A DNA stretch of 63,009 nucleotides, filler included, from Candidatus Omnitrophota bacterium (GCA_023140385.1; 5 parts of 5 records of this genome joined end to end with filler, not necessarily neighbours in it), one strand, 5' to 3'; positions 32,135 to 42,773 are shown, numbered from the whole stretch's first letter. Notes: generated from the letters alone by a model not told the origin. Program-made: numbers and translations.

Positions 32135-33490
32135 ATGAGTGAAAGAAGGCTATTTAAATCTGGGGTATTAGTTATATTAATAATAATTTTTTCTGGAATT
32201 TGTTTTGCCCAGGAGAAAGGAGATTTAGACCATCCACTCAGCTTAGAGGAAAGTATTGATATTGCCTTAGAGAATAATTATGGGTTAAAAGCTGCCTCAG
32301 AAAAAATTACCGGTGCCAAAGAAAAAAGCTGGGAGGCAAAAACTTTGTTTTTACCCAAACTTAAAGCAGAATCTTCCTACACCCATTTAAACGAACCCCC
32401 AAGTTTAGAAACAAGTACTTTATCAATACAAACCGGTGATGATAATATGTATAATGCCCAGACTGTGGTTCAACAGCCACTCTTTACAGGCGGTAAGATC
32501 CTTTCCCTAAACAAACAAGCGAAAAATAATTTAGAAGCAACAAAATATAATTATGAAGAGGCAAAACAAAATCTAATCTTACAGGTTAAGGAAGCCTACT
32601 TTGGGATATTAGTAGCCCAGAAGTATAGGGAAGTCTGTCAGGATGCAGTAGAGCAGATGAGGGCTCATCTTGAGACTGTAAAAGGTCTTTATAGTGCCGG
32701 CACCGTTCCAAACATAGACCTTTTGAGGACCGAAGTGCAATTGGCAAATGCAGAGCAGACACTCATTAAAGCTGAAAATGGGGTTGAGTTAGCAAAATCT
32801 TTATTTAATACCATATTAGGCAGAAATCTAAATTCGTTGATAGAAGTAGTTGATATATTAAGGGTTATAGAACAGGACTATAATTTAGAGCAATTACTTA
32901 AAGAGGCTCAAGAGCGTCGGCCTGAAATTTATAAAATGAAACACAATGTTGAAATGGCCAAAGCGGGTATTGGCGCGGCTCAAAGTAATTACTGGCCCCA
33001 AGTAGGCCTTTTTGGGAGTTATAAATACCATAAGGGTGACGAACCTATTATAGAGTGGGAAAAAGATTGGATGGTGGGCGCGAATGTTAGTATGGATATT
33101 TGGAATTGGGGAGAGACTAAAGCACAGGTAGGCCAGGCAAAATCCGCCTTAAGAGAGATAGAACATCTTGAAGCTCAACTAAAAGATGGGATTGCTTTAG
33201 AGGTAAAAGGCGTTCTATTAAGTTTGGAAGAGGCTAAAAAGAGAGTTAAGGTATCCGAAAAAGCGGTAAGCCAGGCTGAAGAAAGCCTAAGTAGCGCGCG
33301 GATCGGATATAAGAATGGACGAGTAAATAACGTAGAAGTGTTAGCCGCTCAATTAGCGTTAACTGAAAGCCAGACAAATCATCTTGAAGCAATATATAAT
33401 TATATTTTGGGCCAGGCAAGGTTAGAAAAAGCGATAGGTAAATCAGCCCCGCGCTATTGTAAAAGTGCGGGATTTTCGGGAGGCGAATGA
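32135..33490 (+). CDS. TolC-family outer membrane efflux protein
   Basis: Signal peptide; LSLEESIDIALENN; QPLFTGG; two OEP repeats; ARLEKAIG. Confidence 0.92.
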   Translation: MSERRLFKSGVLVILIIIFSGICFAQEKGDLDHPLSLEESIDIALENNYGLKAASEKITGAKEKSWEAKTLFLPKLKAESSYTHLNEPPSLETSTLSIQTGDDNMYNAQTVVQQPLFTGGKILSLNKQAKNNLEATKYNYEEAKQNLILQVKEAYFGILVAQKYREVCQDAVEQMRAHLETVKGLYSAGTVPNIDLLRTEVQLANAEQTLIKAENGVELAKSLFNTILGRNLNSLIEVVDILRVIEQDYNLEQLLKEAQERRPEIYKMKHNVEMAKAGIGAAQSNYWPQVGLFGSYKYHKGDEPIIEWEKDWMVGANVSMDIWNWGETKAQVGQAKSALREIEHLEAQLKDGIALEVKGVLLSLEEAKKRVKVSEKAVSQAEESLSSARIGYKNGRVNNVEVLAAQLALTESQTNHLEAIYNYILGQARLEKAIGKSAPRYCKSAGFSGGE

Positions 33491-34416
33491 TTATGAGGAA
33501 ACATATAATTTGGATATTGATAATTTTCCTAGTAATATTGGGTAGTTTTGGGATTATTAGGAGCGTAAGAAGTAATAATAGCAAAGGCCGGGGAGAGGCA
33601 AGAATTCCTACCGTTAGGGCGGTCCGGGTTATAAAAGGTGAGATTGAAGACAGAATATCCTGCGTAGGTAATATTACCGGCCAGGAAATGGTAACCTTGA
33701 TGAGTAAGATTCCGGGAAAGATTGATAGTTTTCTTGTCAGGGAAGGAGATAAAGTAAAAAAGGATGATGTCCTGGCGTTGATTGACAGGGACGTAGAAGG
33801 GATGAAATATAAGAAGGCATCGATTAAATCGCCAATTGACGGAATGGTAATAAAAAAGTTTTTAGACGAAGGTTCTCAGGTTGAACCAAGTGTAAGCCCG
33901 ATGATGAGAGTTCCTGTAATTATGGTAGCTAATATTGATAGAGTAAAGGTGTTAGTAAATGTCTCTGAAAAATATTTAGGCAGATTAAAAGAAGGCGCTG
34001 AGGTAGAAGTTAAAGTAGATGCCTATCCTGATGAGGTTTTTCTTGGCGAGATAACAAGGGTTGCTCCTTTAGTTGACCTTGCCACGCGGACATCAGAAGT
34101 GGAAGTAAAGGTTCCTAATAAAAACTACCGGCTTAAGCCGGGAATGTTTGCCAGAGCAAATCTTATATTAGAGAAGAAAGAGAACGCGCTCATTGTGCCC
34201 ATTAAAGCGGTGCTTAGCGAAAATAGCCGCAAATTTGTTTTTATTGTTAATAGTTCTACCGCCCATAAGAAGAAAGTAGAAACGGGAATATATCAAAAAG
34301 ATTTTGTAGAGATTATAGAAGGGCTAAGTGTTGGCGAAGATGTAATTATAGAAGGAAACTATGGCCTTAAGGACGGCGCAAATGTCCTGATAGAAACTAA
34401 GGGAAATGCCCAATGA
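33487..34416 (+). CDS. RND efflux membrane fusion (periplasmic adaptor) protein
   Basis: N-terminal anchor; VREGDKVKKDDVL, IKSPIDG and LKPGMFA motifs; very short hairpin. Confidence 0.92.
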   Translation: MIMRKHIIWILIIFLVILGSFGIIRSVRSNNSKGRGEARIPTVRAVRVIKGEIEDRISCVGNITGQEMVTLMSKIPGKIDSFLVREGDKVKKDDVLALIDRDVEGMKYKKASIKSPIDGMVIKKFLDEGSQVEPSVSPMMRVPVIMVANIDRVKVLVNVSEKYLGRLKEGAEVEVKVDAYPDEVFLGEITRVAPLVDLATRTSEVEVKVPNKNYRLKPGMFARANLILEKKENALIVPIKAVLSENSRKFVFIVNSSTAHKKKVETGIYQKDFVEIIEGLSVGEDVIIEGNYGLKDGANVLIETKGNAQ

Positions 34417-37400
34417 AGTTACCTGAATTTTCTGTAAATCGCCCAGTTACGGTTTTGATGTTAATCGGTGTTATTGTCGTCTTAGGCGCAATATCTCTAT
34501 CCAGGTTAACGGTAGAAGTTATGCCTGATTTAACCTATCCTACGGCTTCGGTTATTAGCACCTATGAAGGTGCCGCTTCGGAAGATATAGAAACCCTTGT
34601 TACAAAACCCATTGAGGCGGCGGTAAGCAAGGTTAAGAATGTTAAGACTGTGGATTCCATTTCCCAGGAAGAAATCTCTATTATAATGGTGGAGTTTGAG
34701 TGGGGCACTAATGTGGACTTTGCCGCTCAGGATATGCGTGATGCCATTGGGGTAGTTGAAGACTTTCTCCCCGAAGGTATAGATAAACCTATTGTTATCA
34801 AGTTTGACCCGTCGATTATTCCGATTATCGCTTTGGGTATTACCGGAGAAAGAGATTTAAGAGACTTAAGGACGTTGGTTAAAGACCAGGTAAAAGACCG
34901 CCTTGAGATGGTTGATGGTGTTGCCACCTGCATGATTATGGGTGGGCGGGAAAGGGAGATTCAGGTAAGGATTGATAAGGAAAAATTAGAGGCGCTCAAT
35001 ATCCCTATTCTGCAGGTAGTATCTACTTTAAGATATGAAAATCTCGATCTTTCCGGCGGGCATGTGACCAGGGGCTATACAGAGTATCTTTTGCGCACAC
35101 TGGGAGAGTTTGAAAATTTAGACCAAATAAGAAATACAGTAATTACTGTCAGAGAGCAGAAGCCGGTATACTTAAAGGATTTTGCCGAAGTTCATGATAC
35201 CCATACCGAGATTCGAAATTATAGCCGCACCAATAGAAAGAACGGCCTTATTTTAGCAGTTACTAAGGAATCGGGAGCAAATGACTTAGAGGTAGCAAAC
35301 GGCATAAAGGAAAAATTAAAAGAGGTAAAAAAAGATCTCCCTTCTGATATTAAGATATATACCGCCTTAGACCAGGGAAGGATTACTCAATTGATGATTT
35401 CTACCACTGCCAATGATTGTATCTGGGGCGGGCTTTTAGCGGTCGCAATCCTTTTTTTATTTTTGCGTAATTGGAGGCCGACCTTTGCCATTGCCTTATC
35501 TATTCCGTTGTCGATTTTAGCTACTTTTATCGCTGTATATTTCGCGGGTTTCAGCCTGAATATAATGACCATGAGCGGCTTGGCCTTAGGCGTAGGTATG
35601 CTTGTTTCCAATGCCATTATTGTTATTGAAAATATCTTCAGGCATTTAGAGGAAGGTAAGAATAGAAAGCAAGCGGCCATTGTAGGCACAGGTGAAGTGG
35701 GTACGGCTATTACCGCCTCTACCCTCACTACTATCGCCGTTTTTTTACCTTTAATCTATGCCACGGGCATCGCGGGAAAACTTTCCCAGGGATTGGCTCT
35801 CACTGTTACCTTCGCGCTTATTGGCTCTTTATTTACCGCTCTTACTTTAATTCCGATGATGGCCTCTAAGATATTTAAAAAGGAGAAGTCAAAAAAAGAT
35901 TACGAAAAGGATTTTGGTGAAAGAGGATTTAATTTTTTAAGAAATTGGTATAAGAAAACTCTTGTTATTGCTCTTCGCCACCGTGTTAAGGTTTCCGTAA
36001 CAGCCATAGCGATATTTTTCATAAGTGTGTGTTTTTTGCCTTTTGTGGGTAAAGAATTTATGCCGGCAATTGATCCTGGATTAGTTATAGTTAAAGTTAA
36101 GACGCCTATTGGCACAAGCTTGGAGGAGACTGACCGGGTGGTTCAACAGGTAGAAGATATTATGATGTGTCAGAAAGAAGCGGATGTCCTGGGAACTTTT
36201 ACCGGTTTAATGGAAGGGTCAAAGGTCGATATTGCCTTTAGCGGCAGTGGAATAGGTAATACCGGTGTAAATGAGGCAATGATATTTGCTCATTTGGTGG
36301 ATAAAAGCGAACGGAAGCGTTCAAGTATACAAATACAAGATGCTATTCGTAAGCAGTTTCCCCAAATCGAAGGAACCAAAATCGAGTTTCTTGATCTGGC
36401 CAGGTTTATTACCTCAGGAGGTACGGGGCAGATTCCCATTGAGATAAAAATATTTGGCAAGGATTTGGTTAAATTAGAACAGATAGCAAATGAACTTGCG
36501 GCCAAAATAAAGCCGATAGAAGGCCTTTATGATGTAGATACAACTCTTCGGAGCGGCAAGCCGGAGTTACGGTTCGTGATAGATAGAGATAAGGCATCTC
36601 AATTAGGATTAAATGTTGGCCAAATAGCCTTTATTATGCGGGCTAATTTTGAAGGCCAGGTTGCTACCCGCTATCGGACAGCCGGTGATGAGTTCGACCT
36701 GCGGGTACAATATCGAGACGAAGATACTCAAACCTTTAATGATGTAAAACGCGCGGTCATTTTTTCAAGCCTTGGTTCTCAACATCATTTAGAGGATGTG
36801 GCAAAGATTATGGAAGGGAAAGGCCCGGTTAAGCTTTATCGGGAAAATCAGAAGAGAAAAGCATCTATTACCGCCAACTTCTCTGACAGGGATTTAGGAA
36901 GCATATTAAATGATATAAAGGCCAAGGTGAAAGAGATAAGCTTACCCTCAGGGTATTTTGTTGAATATGGCGGGGAGGCAAAGCGAATGCGTGAGACGTT
37001 TGTTGCCTTAGGTACTGTATTTATTTTAGCTCTTATTTTGGTATATATGATTATGGCTGCCCAGTTTGAATCCCTTGTTCACCCTTTTACAGTGATGTTT
37101 ACTGTTCCCTTTGGTTTGATTGGTGTAATTTTGATACTGCTATTAACCGGCAACAGTCTTTCCATGGTTTCTCTTTTAGGTGTTATCATTCTTACCGGCG
37201 TCGTTGTTAATAACGGCATAGTTCTTGTAGATTACGTTAATCAGCTTAGAGCTAAGGGTATGAGTAAAGATGAAGCACTTATCCATGGTGGAGTAACTAA
37301 ATTAAGGGCGGTTTTATTAACAGCGGCCACGACCATGTTTGGAATGCTTCCTATGGCTATAAGCTCTTCGGAAGGATCAGAGTTGAGGTCTCCTATGGCT

Positions 37401-37535
37401 TTGGCAGTTATTGGCGGGTTAGTAGTTTCTACTTTCTTAACTCTAATAATTGTTCCTACCGTTTACAGTATCTTAGACGATATTGCTCATCGAACCAGAA
37501 AAGAAGTAAGTAAGAGATTAATTGGAGAAGAATAA
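34413..37535 (+). CDS. RND efflux transporter, AcrB/AcrD/AcrF (HAE1-like) family
   Basis: 1040 aa; SVNRPV; two TM bundles; GMLVSNAIIVIENI and GVVVNNGIVLVD. Confidence 0.95.
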   Translation: MKLPEFSVNRPVTVLMLIGVIVVLGAISLSRLTVEVMPDLTYPTASVISTYEGAASEDIETLVTKPIEAAVSKVKNVKTVDSISQEEISIIMVEFEWGTNVDFAAQDMRDAIGVVEDFLPEGIDKPIVIKFDPSIIPIIALGITGERDLRDLRTLVKDQVKDRLEMVDGVATCMIMGGREREIQVRIDKEKLEALNIPILQVVSTLRYENLDLSGGHVTRGYTEYLLRTLGEFENLDQIRNTVITVREQKPVYLKDFAEVHDTHTEIRNYSRTNRKNGLILAVTKESGANDLEVANGIKEKLKEVKKDLPSDIKIYTALDQGRITQLMISTTANDCIWGGLLAVAILFLFLRNWRPTFAIALSIPLSILATFIAVYFAGFSLNIMTMSGLALGVGMLVSNAIIVIENIFRHLEEGKNRKQAAIVGTGEVGTAITASTLTTIAVFLPLIYATGIAGKLSQGLALTVTFALIGSLFTALTLIPMMASKIFKKEKSKKDYEKDFGERGFNFLRNWYKKTLVIALRHRVKVSVTAIAIFFISVCFLPFVGKEFMPAIDPGLVIVKVKTPIGTSLEETDRVVQQVEDIMMCQKEADVLGTFTGLMEGSKVDIAFSGSGIGNTGVNEAMIFAHLVDKSERKRSSIQIQDAIRKQFPQIEGTKIEFLDLARFITSGGTGQIPIEIKIFGKDLVKLEQIANELAAKIKPIEGLYDVDTTLRSGKPELRFVIDRDKASQLGLNVGQIAFIMRANFEGQVATRYRTAGDEFDLRVQYRDEDTQTFNDVKRAVIFSSLGSQHHLEDVAKIMEGKGPVKLYRENQKRKASITANFSDRDLGSILNDIKAKVKEISLPSGYFVEYGGEAKRMRETFVALGTVFILALILVYMIMAAQFESLVHPFTVMFTVPFGLIGVILILLLTGNSLSMVSLLGVIILTGVVVNNGIVLVDYVNQLRAKGMSKDEALIHGGVTKLRAVLLTAATTMFGMLPMAISSSEGSELRSPMALAVIGGLVVSTFLTLIIVPTVYSILDDIAHRTRKEVSKRLIGEE

Positions 37536-37549
37536 AAACCGAAAGTACA

Positions 37550-37822
37550 GTGAGATTTTTAAAGAAGAAATCAAAAGTGCCTTCCATGCGGCGTCAAGAA
37601 ATTTTAAATAGACTAAAGAAAGCTTTATCGCAAGAATTTAAAATTTCTGAAAGAGCTGTAAAACCCCAGGCTCGCTTTAAAGAAGATCTTAATATTGATT
37701 CTTTAGGATATATTTGGGCCTTGATAGCTATCGAGGAAGAATTTTGCATAGAAATTCCAGAGGATGTTGCTGAGAAATTTTTAACAATTGAGAATGTAGT
37801 AGAATATTTATATGCAAGATAA
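37550..37822 (+). CDS. Acyl carrier protein-like (phosphopantetheine-binding)
   Basis: FKEDLNIDSL (conserved Ser); IEEEFCIEIPEDVAEKFLTIENVVEY. Alternative start ATG 37586. Confidence 0.85.
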   Translation: MRFLKKKSKVPSMRRQEILNRLKKALSQEFKISERAVKPQARFKEDLNIDSLGYIWALIAIEEEFCIEIPEDVAEKFLTIENVVEYLYAR

Positions 37823-37861
37823 ATTTACCTTGCCCCTTTTTTTTGCAACCGCGGCTTGATT

Positions 37862-37897
37862 AAATACCCCCTAAGCGTTTAATTTTGAGGGGTATTT
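37862..37897. other. Inverted repeat between ACP and the STAS-glycosyltransferase gene (terminator or operator)
   Basis: AAATACCCC ... GGGGTATTT arms separated by 18 nt. Confidence 0.4.
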
Positions 37898-38057
37898 GCT
37901 TATATAAGGAATAGGTGGTTATAAATAAATATATTGCGGAAGATTTTTATTTGGAGTAAAATTAAAGCGTGGAAGATTTAAGTGCTGATTTCTTTTTAAG
38001 GAAAGCCAAATAAAAAGGATATGGCAAACGCGGAGGATTTCGCGGAGGGTTTAAAAA

Positions 38058-39686
38058 ATGAAGTTTAACAAGCGCGGTGTAAAGAGAGCCAGAGTAAAGG
38101 TAAGGCGAATAATACAGGGCGTAGAGAAGAAAGTTAAGGTATTCCATATAAAGGATATTTTCAGGAGTAAAAACGGAAATATCCTTTCTTACATTAAAGA
38201 GGTTAAGGAAATTGACGGGCTGGCGATTGTCAGGCTAAAAGGAACCATTGATTTCCGTACAATTCCAGGGATAAGAGCCAATATCGGCAGTAGAATAAAC
38301 AAATACCTGGATATGGATATTCTCTTAGACTTCAAAGAGGTGACCCGCGTTGACAGCGCTGCCCTGGCCTCCCTTATCCAGCTTTTAAATGAGCTTAAGA
38401 AACGCAACAGGAAGCTGGGCATCGTGAATATGACCTCTGTTTTAAGAGAATACTTAAAAATCACAAATTTAGAATTCGCGGTTCAGGTCTATAAAAGCCA
38501 GAAGAATGCCCTGGATGATTTGTTAGGCGGTTATCTAAGAAATAAGAAGGAAGCAGGGGAAGTAAAACGAATACTTTTTCTTACCACCTCAGTAGGTTCC
38601 GGGCATAAGCGGGCCGCTGAGGCTGTTCAGGCGGCGCTGGACGCGGTAAGCCGTAAACCTCTCAAGACTCAGACTGATACCTATTTTGATTATTTTCTTC
38701 CGGCCGCTGAGAAGGTGGCGGCTAAGGTGTACGTAAAAACCATTCAACTAATGCGCCAGGTTTTAAAGTATGTATATAGCCATCAAAAGAAAGAATTCAA
38801 TAGAAAGCCAGCCGGTCATTTTTTAAGCATTCCGTTAATTAAAAAGTATGAAAAAGCCATTAGGAGTTTTAATCCTGACGCGATAGTTTGTACGCAGGCG
38901 CTATCCTCCAGGTTTACCTCAATCCTTAAGGAAAATGGAAAAATCTCCGCCCCGCTGATAGCGGTAGTGACCGATTTTGACATTCATCCTTATTGGTTTA
39001 ATGAGCATGTAGACAGGTTTATCGTGCCGACGGACGAGATAAAAAAAGAGTTTACAGCTTTTGGAATAGCGGCAGACAAGGTATATGCCTTTGGAATTCC
39101 CATTCATCCGGTTTTTTCTAAAAGACAAAATAAAGCGGTTTTAAAAAAGAAAATGGGACTGATAGAAAATTTACCTGTTATCCTCATAATGGGCGGAGGC
39201 TGGGGTTTAGGGCCGATTAAAAAGGCAGTATTGCATTTAAATAAATCAGGGACGAATCTTCAACTTATCGTCACGGCCGGTAAAAACAGAGCCTTGAAAA
39301 GGGAACTGGATAAAATTTTACATAAGCTAAAAGTGCCCTTAAAAGTTTACGGCTACGTTAGTAACATTGATGAACTTATGGAGGTTTCCGATATAGCTGT
39401 AACCAAACCAGGAGGGCTTATTAGCTCGGAACTGTTGGCTAAGGGCTTGCCGGCCATACTCGTAGACGTAATACCGGGGCAGGAGGAGGCCAATAGTGAG
39501 TATTTAATTAGCAAAGGAGCGGCCTGCAAGATAGAGAAAATAAACCAGCTCCAGGATACAATTCAAGGGTTGCTCGAAAATCCTGCCCGCTTAGAGCAAA
39601 TGGGAAGAAAGGCAAAAGCGGCCGCCAAACCGCGCGCGGCTGTAAAAAGTGCCGGTTTAATTATGGATACCGTGATAGTTACTTAG
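38058..39686 (+). CDS. STAS (anti-anti-sigma-like) domain fused to MGDG-synthase/UgtP-like GT28 glycosyltransferase
   Basis: aa ~52-155 STAS (VRLKGTID..ILLDFKEVTRVDSAALASL); aa ~170-542 GT-B fold (SVGSGHKRAA, VVTDF..H..W, GIPI, ILIMGGGWGLG, TKPGGL, PGQEEAN). Confidence 0.88.
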   Translation: MKFNKRGVKRARVKVRRIIQGVEKKVKVFHIKDIFRSKNGNILSYIKEVKEIDGLAIVRLKGTIDFRTIPGIRANIGSRINKYLDMDILLDFKEVTRVDSAALASLIQLLNELKKRNRKLGIVNMTSVLREYLKITNLEFAVQVYKSQKNALDDLLGGYLRNKKEAGEVKRILFLTTSVGSGHKRAAEAVQAALDAVSRKPLKTQTDTYFDYFLPAAEKVAAKVYVKTIQLMRQVLKYVYSHQKKEFNRKPAGHFLSIPLIKKYEKAIRSFNPDAIVCTQALSSRFTSILKENGKISAPLIAVVTDFDIHPYWFNEHVDRFIVPTDEIKKEFTAFGIAADKVYAFGIPIHPVFSKRQNKAVLKKKMGLIENLPVILIMGGGWGLGPIKKAVLHLNKSGTNLQLIVTAGKNRALKRELDKILHKLKVPLKVYGYVSNIDELMEVSDIAVTKPGGLISSELLAKGLPAILVDVIPGQEEANSEYLISKGAACKIEKINQLQDTIQGLLENPARLEQMGRKAKAAAKPRAAVKSAGLIMDTVIVT

Positions 39687-39732
39687 AAAATTCCGGAGCC
39701 GCTTTAAGCAAAAGAAAAGTTGATTAACTGTA

Positions 39733-40608
39733 ATGATTTATTTTATATATCGGCTTTACGGCGAATTAATTTTGAGATTGCCTTTGAAGATAAGCTACCG
39801 CGTAGCCAGGGTGGTTGGCGGGGCCGCCTATCTTTTAATGAGGAAAGACAGGCGGGAGCGGATAAAAATTATTGAAAAGATATTTGAAAATAAAATCGCG
39901 CGTAAGGAAGCGCGAAAAATAATTTGGGCGAGTTATAAAGAGTTTAACAAAAGTCTTGTGGATTTTTTCCGCATTCCGAGATTAAACAAAAAATATCTTA
40001 GTAATTACGTTGACGTCACGGGACAGGAGAACTTAGATGCTGTTTTAGGTGAGGGGAGGGGAGCCTTATTGGCCGGTTTCCATGTGGGAAACGGCGGGTT
40101 TGCCGCGTCTCTTTTGGCGCTTAAGGGTTATCCCGTAAATATTGTAGTTTGGAAAGATATAAACAAAAGGGTTGATAATCTATTTCAGGCTATAAGGCAA
40201 AGTAAGGGCGTAAGAATTATTTATTCCCGCCACGCTCCCAAAGGCGTTTTGGAAGCGCTTAAAAGAAATGAAATAGCGGCTATGACGCTTGATTTAAGCG
40301 GCGGCAATAAAGGGGTAAGGCTTAAATGCTGGGGAAAGGAAATCAGAATAGCGCGGGGAGCTTTTGTATTCGCCCAAAAGCAGGGTGTGCCAATTTTACC
40401 GGCAGTGATAATCAGGAGAAGTGACGATACGCACAAAATTATTATAGGAAAACCGGTGAAGGTAAAGTTAAAACAGAACAAAGAAAAAGGCTTTGAAAAA
40501 GAAAGCGCTGTAGGTATTTTTAATTTTTTTAAAGGGTACATTGAAGAGCATCCCGAACAGTGGTACTGGCTAAGAAACTTATGGCAGGATACTGAAAGCA
40601 GTCAGTGA
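39733..40608 (+). CDS. Lipid A/LpxL-like (lysophospholipid acyltransferase superfamily) acyltransferase
   Basis: GRGALLAGFHVGN; R..KGVRII; LKRNEI; C-terminal YIEEHPEQWYW signature. Confidence 0.85.
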   Translation: MIYFIYRLYGELILRLPLKISYRVARVVGGAAYLLMRKDRRERIKIIEKIFENKIARKEARKIIWASYKEFNKSLVDFFRIPRLNKKYLSNYVDVTGQENLDAVLGEGRGALLAGFHVGNGGFAASLLALKGYPVNIVVWKDINKRVDNLFQAIRQSKGVRIIYSRHAPKGVLEALKRNEIAAMTLDLSGGNKGVRLKCWGKEIRIARGAFVFAQKQGVPILPAVIIRRSDDTHKIIIGKPVKVKLKQNKEKGFEKESAVGIFNFFKGYIEEHPEQWYWLRNLWQDTESSQ

Positions 40609-40730
40609 GAGTTTAAATAAATTCGCAATGTAATATTTGTGATATAATATATCCGGACAACGTTATACAAAATCGAAAAAATATAAGAGAAAATAGCCGG
40701 GCAAAACAATCAGAAAGGAGTGTGATAATT

Positions 40731-41018
40731 ATGAAAGATTTTTTGGAGAAAGCAATGAATTTAGGGTTGGGGGCGTTGGTGGTAACCAGGGAAAAGGTAG
40801 AGGCGGTCGTTGATGAGCTGGTTAAGAAGGGCGAGGTAGGGCAGGAAGAAGGCGACAAGCTGGTTAAAGAGCTGGTTGATAAGGGGAAAGAGGGCAAAAA
40901 AGAGATAGAAGCTCAGATTGAGAAGATAGTTAAGGCGGTTTTCGAAAAATTGGACCTGCCTACTCGCAAAGAGTTTAATGAGCTTAAATCTGAAATTGAA
41001 AAACTAAGGGAAAGATAA
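40731..41018 (+). CDS. Phasin-like (PHA granule-associated family) small coiled-coil protein
   Basis: LGLGALVVTREKVEAVVDELVKKGE..LDLPTRKEFNELKSEIEKL; GAAAGGAG RBS. Confidence 0.85.
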   Translation: MKDFLEKAMNLGLGALVVTREKVEAVVDELVKKGEVGQEEGDKLVKELVDKGKEGKKEIEAQIEKIVKAVFEKLDLPTRKEFNELKSEIEKLRER

Positions 41019-41073
41019 AAAGAAAGGGCCTTATCTTTAGCCGGAGAGGTTCCTAGGCAGGAGTTTTAGTTTT

Positions 41074-42756
41074 ATGTTAAGGGATATTACACAGAAAATT
41101 CACAATGTCCGGAGACTGCGTCAGATACTGCAGGTTTTTGCTAAACACGGCTTTGGTTATATTGTTGACCGTTTGCATATTGAACAAAACGTTATAGGCA
41201 AAAAAGTCATTAATATTAAGCCTATAAGGAAGTTAGACGTTTTTGATCAGACCGTCGCGGTAAGGGCGCGCAAGGTATTAGAAGAGTTAGGGCCTACATT
41301 TATTAAATTAGGGCAGATTTTAAGTACCCGCGCCGACCTCATTCCGGTAGAGTTTTGTAAGGAGTTTGAGAAGCTGCAGGACAGAGTTCCCTCATTTGAG
41401 TATGAAAAAGTTGAGGAGCAAATTAGCGGTGAATTTAAACGGTCCGTCAGTAAGATATATAAGAAATTTTCTCCTGAACCTATAGCCGCCGCCTCTTTAG
41501 CCCAGGTTCATATAGCTGAGTTAGAGAGCGGCCAAAAGGTTATTGTAAAAGTTCAAAGACCGGGTATAAAAAAGATAATTACCACTGATTTAGAAATTTT
41601 GTACGGCTTGTCTAAATTAGCAGAGAAATATATCGAAGAAAGCAGGATTTATAATCCCGTCGGTGTAGTAGATGAATTTAGAAAAACGATTTTAAAAGAG
41701 ATAGATTTTAACAGGGAAGCCCGAAATATTGATACCCTTAGAAGGAACTTTAAAGATGATGATACGGTTCATACTCCCGCGGTATTTCATAATTTATCAA
41801 CCAAGAAAGTTTTAACTATAGAGAAGATAGATGGAATAAAAATAAGCAACGTAGATAAGATAGATGAATCGGGGCTGGATAGAAAGCAACTTGCTATAAA
41901 TGGGGCCGGTGCTGTCTTAAAACAGATTTTTGTAGACGGTTTCTTTCATGCCGACCCCCACCCGGGCAACATATTCGCCATAGAAGGTAATAAAATTGTT
42001 TTTTTGGACTGTGGTATGATGGGCCGTATTGACGAAGAGACAAAAGATCAGATTGCCGCTATCTTGGCCGCCTTTATTGAACGGGATGTATTTGAAATGG
42101 CGCAGGTGATTATGATAGTGGGCTCAGTAGATGAGGCAGATGTTAAAGGACTGAACGCGGACATAACGGAGCTCATGGAAAATTACTACGGTATTTCCTT
42201 AGAAGAGTTAAAGATAGGGAAGTTTCTGACGGAGATGATGGATATTATTTCACAAAATAGGATAAAGATACCGCCTGATTTGTTTCTTTTGGCAAAGGCC
42301 CTAATAACCATCGAAGGTATTGGCAGAAAATTAGATCCCGACTTTAATATGGTTGCCAGGACAAAACCGTTTATGGAGAAACTTATAAAGCAGAGGTACA
42401 GCCCTAAAAGGATAGCCAGGGAAATAAAACGGCTTGCAAGAGGGTTTTACGCTTTTACAAGTTCATTGCCGCGGGACTTAAGTTTAGTTCTCGGTAAGAT
42501 GAAAAAAGGGACTCTTGTAGTAGAGTTTGAGCATAAGGGGCTGGAGAATTTGATTTTACAGATGGATAAAGTAAGCAATCGGATTGCCTTTAGCGTAATT
42601 ATCGCTTCTTTAATTGTTGGCTCTTCTATAATAATGCAAACCAACAAAGGCCCCCTCTTCCTGGGTTTTCCGGTGCTGGGCATCCTGGGCTTTCTGGTTG
42701 CCGGCCTTATGGGATTGTGGCTGGCTATAGCTATATTACGCTCGGGTAGATTGTAA
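41074..42756 (+). CDS. ABC1/UbiB/AarF family atypical kinase
   Basis: LGPTFIKLGQ, AAASLAQVH, VKVQRP, GFFHADPHPGN, LDCGM; two C-terminal TM helices. Confidence 0.93.
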   Translation: MLRDITQKIHNVRRLRQILQVFAKHGFGYIVDRLHIEQNVIGKKVINIKPIRKLDVFDQTVAVRARKVLEELGPTFIKLGQILSTRADLIPVEFCKEFEKLQDRVPSFEYEKVEEQISGEFKRSVSKIYKKFSPEPIAAASLAQVHIAELESGQKVIVKVQRPGIKKIITTDLEILYGLSKLAEKYIEESRIYNPVGVVDEFRKTILKEIDFNREARNIDTLRRNFKDDDTVHTPAVFHNLSTKKVLTIEKIDGIKISNVDKIDESGLDRKQLAINGAGAVLKQIFVDGFFHADPHPGNIFAIEGNKIVFLDCGMMGRIDEETKDQIAAILAAFIERDVFEMAQVIMIVGSVDEADVKGLNADITELMENYYGISLEELKIGKFLTEMMDIISQNRIKIPPDLFLLAKALITIEGIGRKLDPDFNMVARTKPFMEKLIKQRYSPKRIAREIKRLARGFYAFTSSLPRDLSLVLGKMKKGTLVVEFEHKGLENLILQMDKVSNRIAFSVIIASLIVGSSIIMQTNKGPLFLGFPVLGILGFLVAGLMGLWLAIAILRSGRL

Positions 42757-42773
42757 GCGATGGCGGCTATAAG

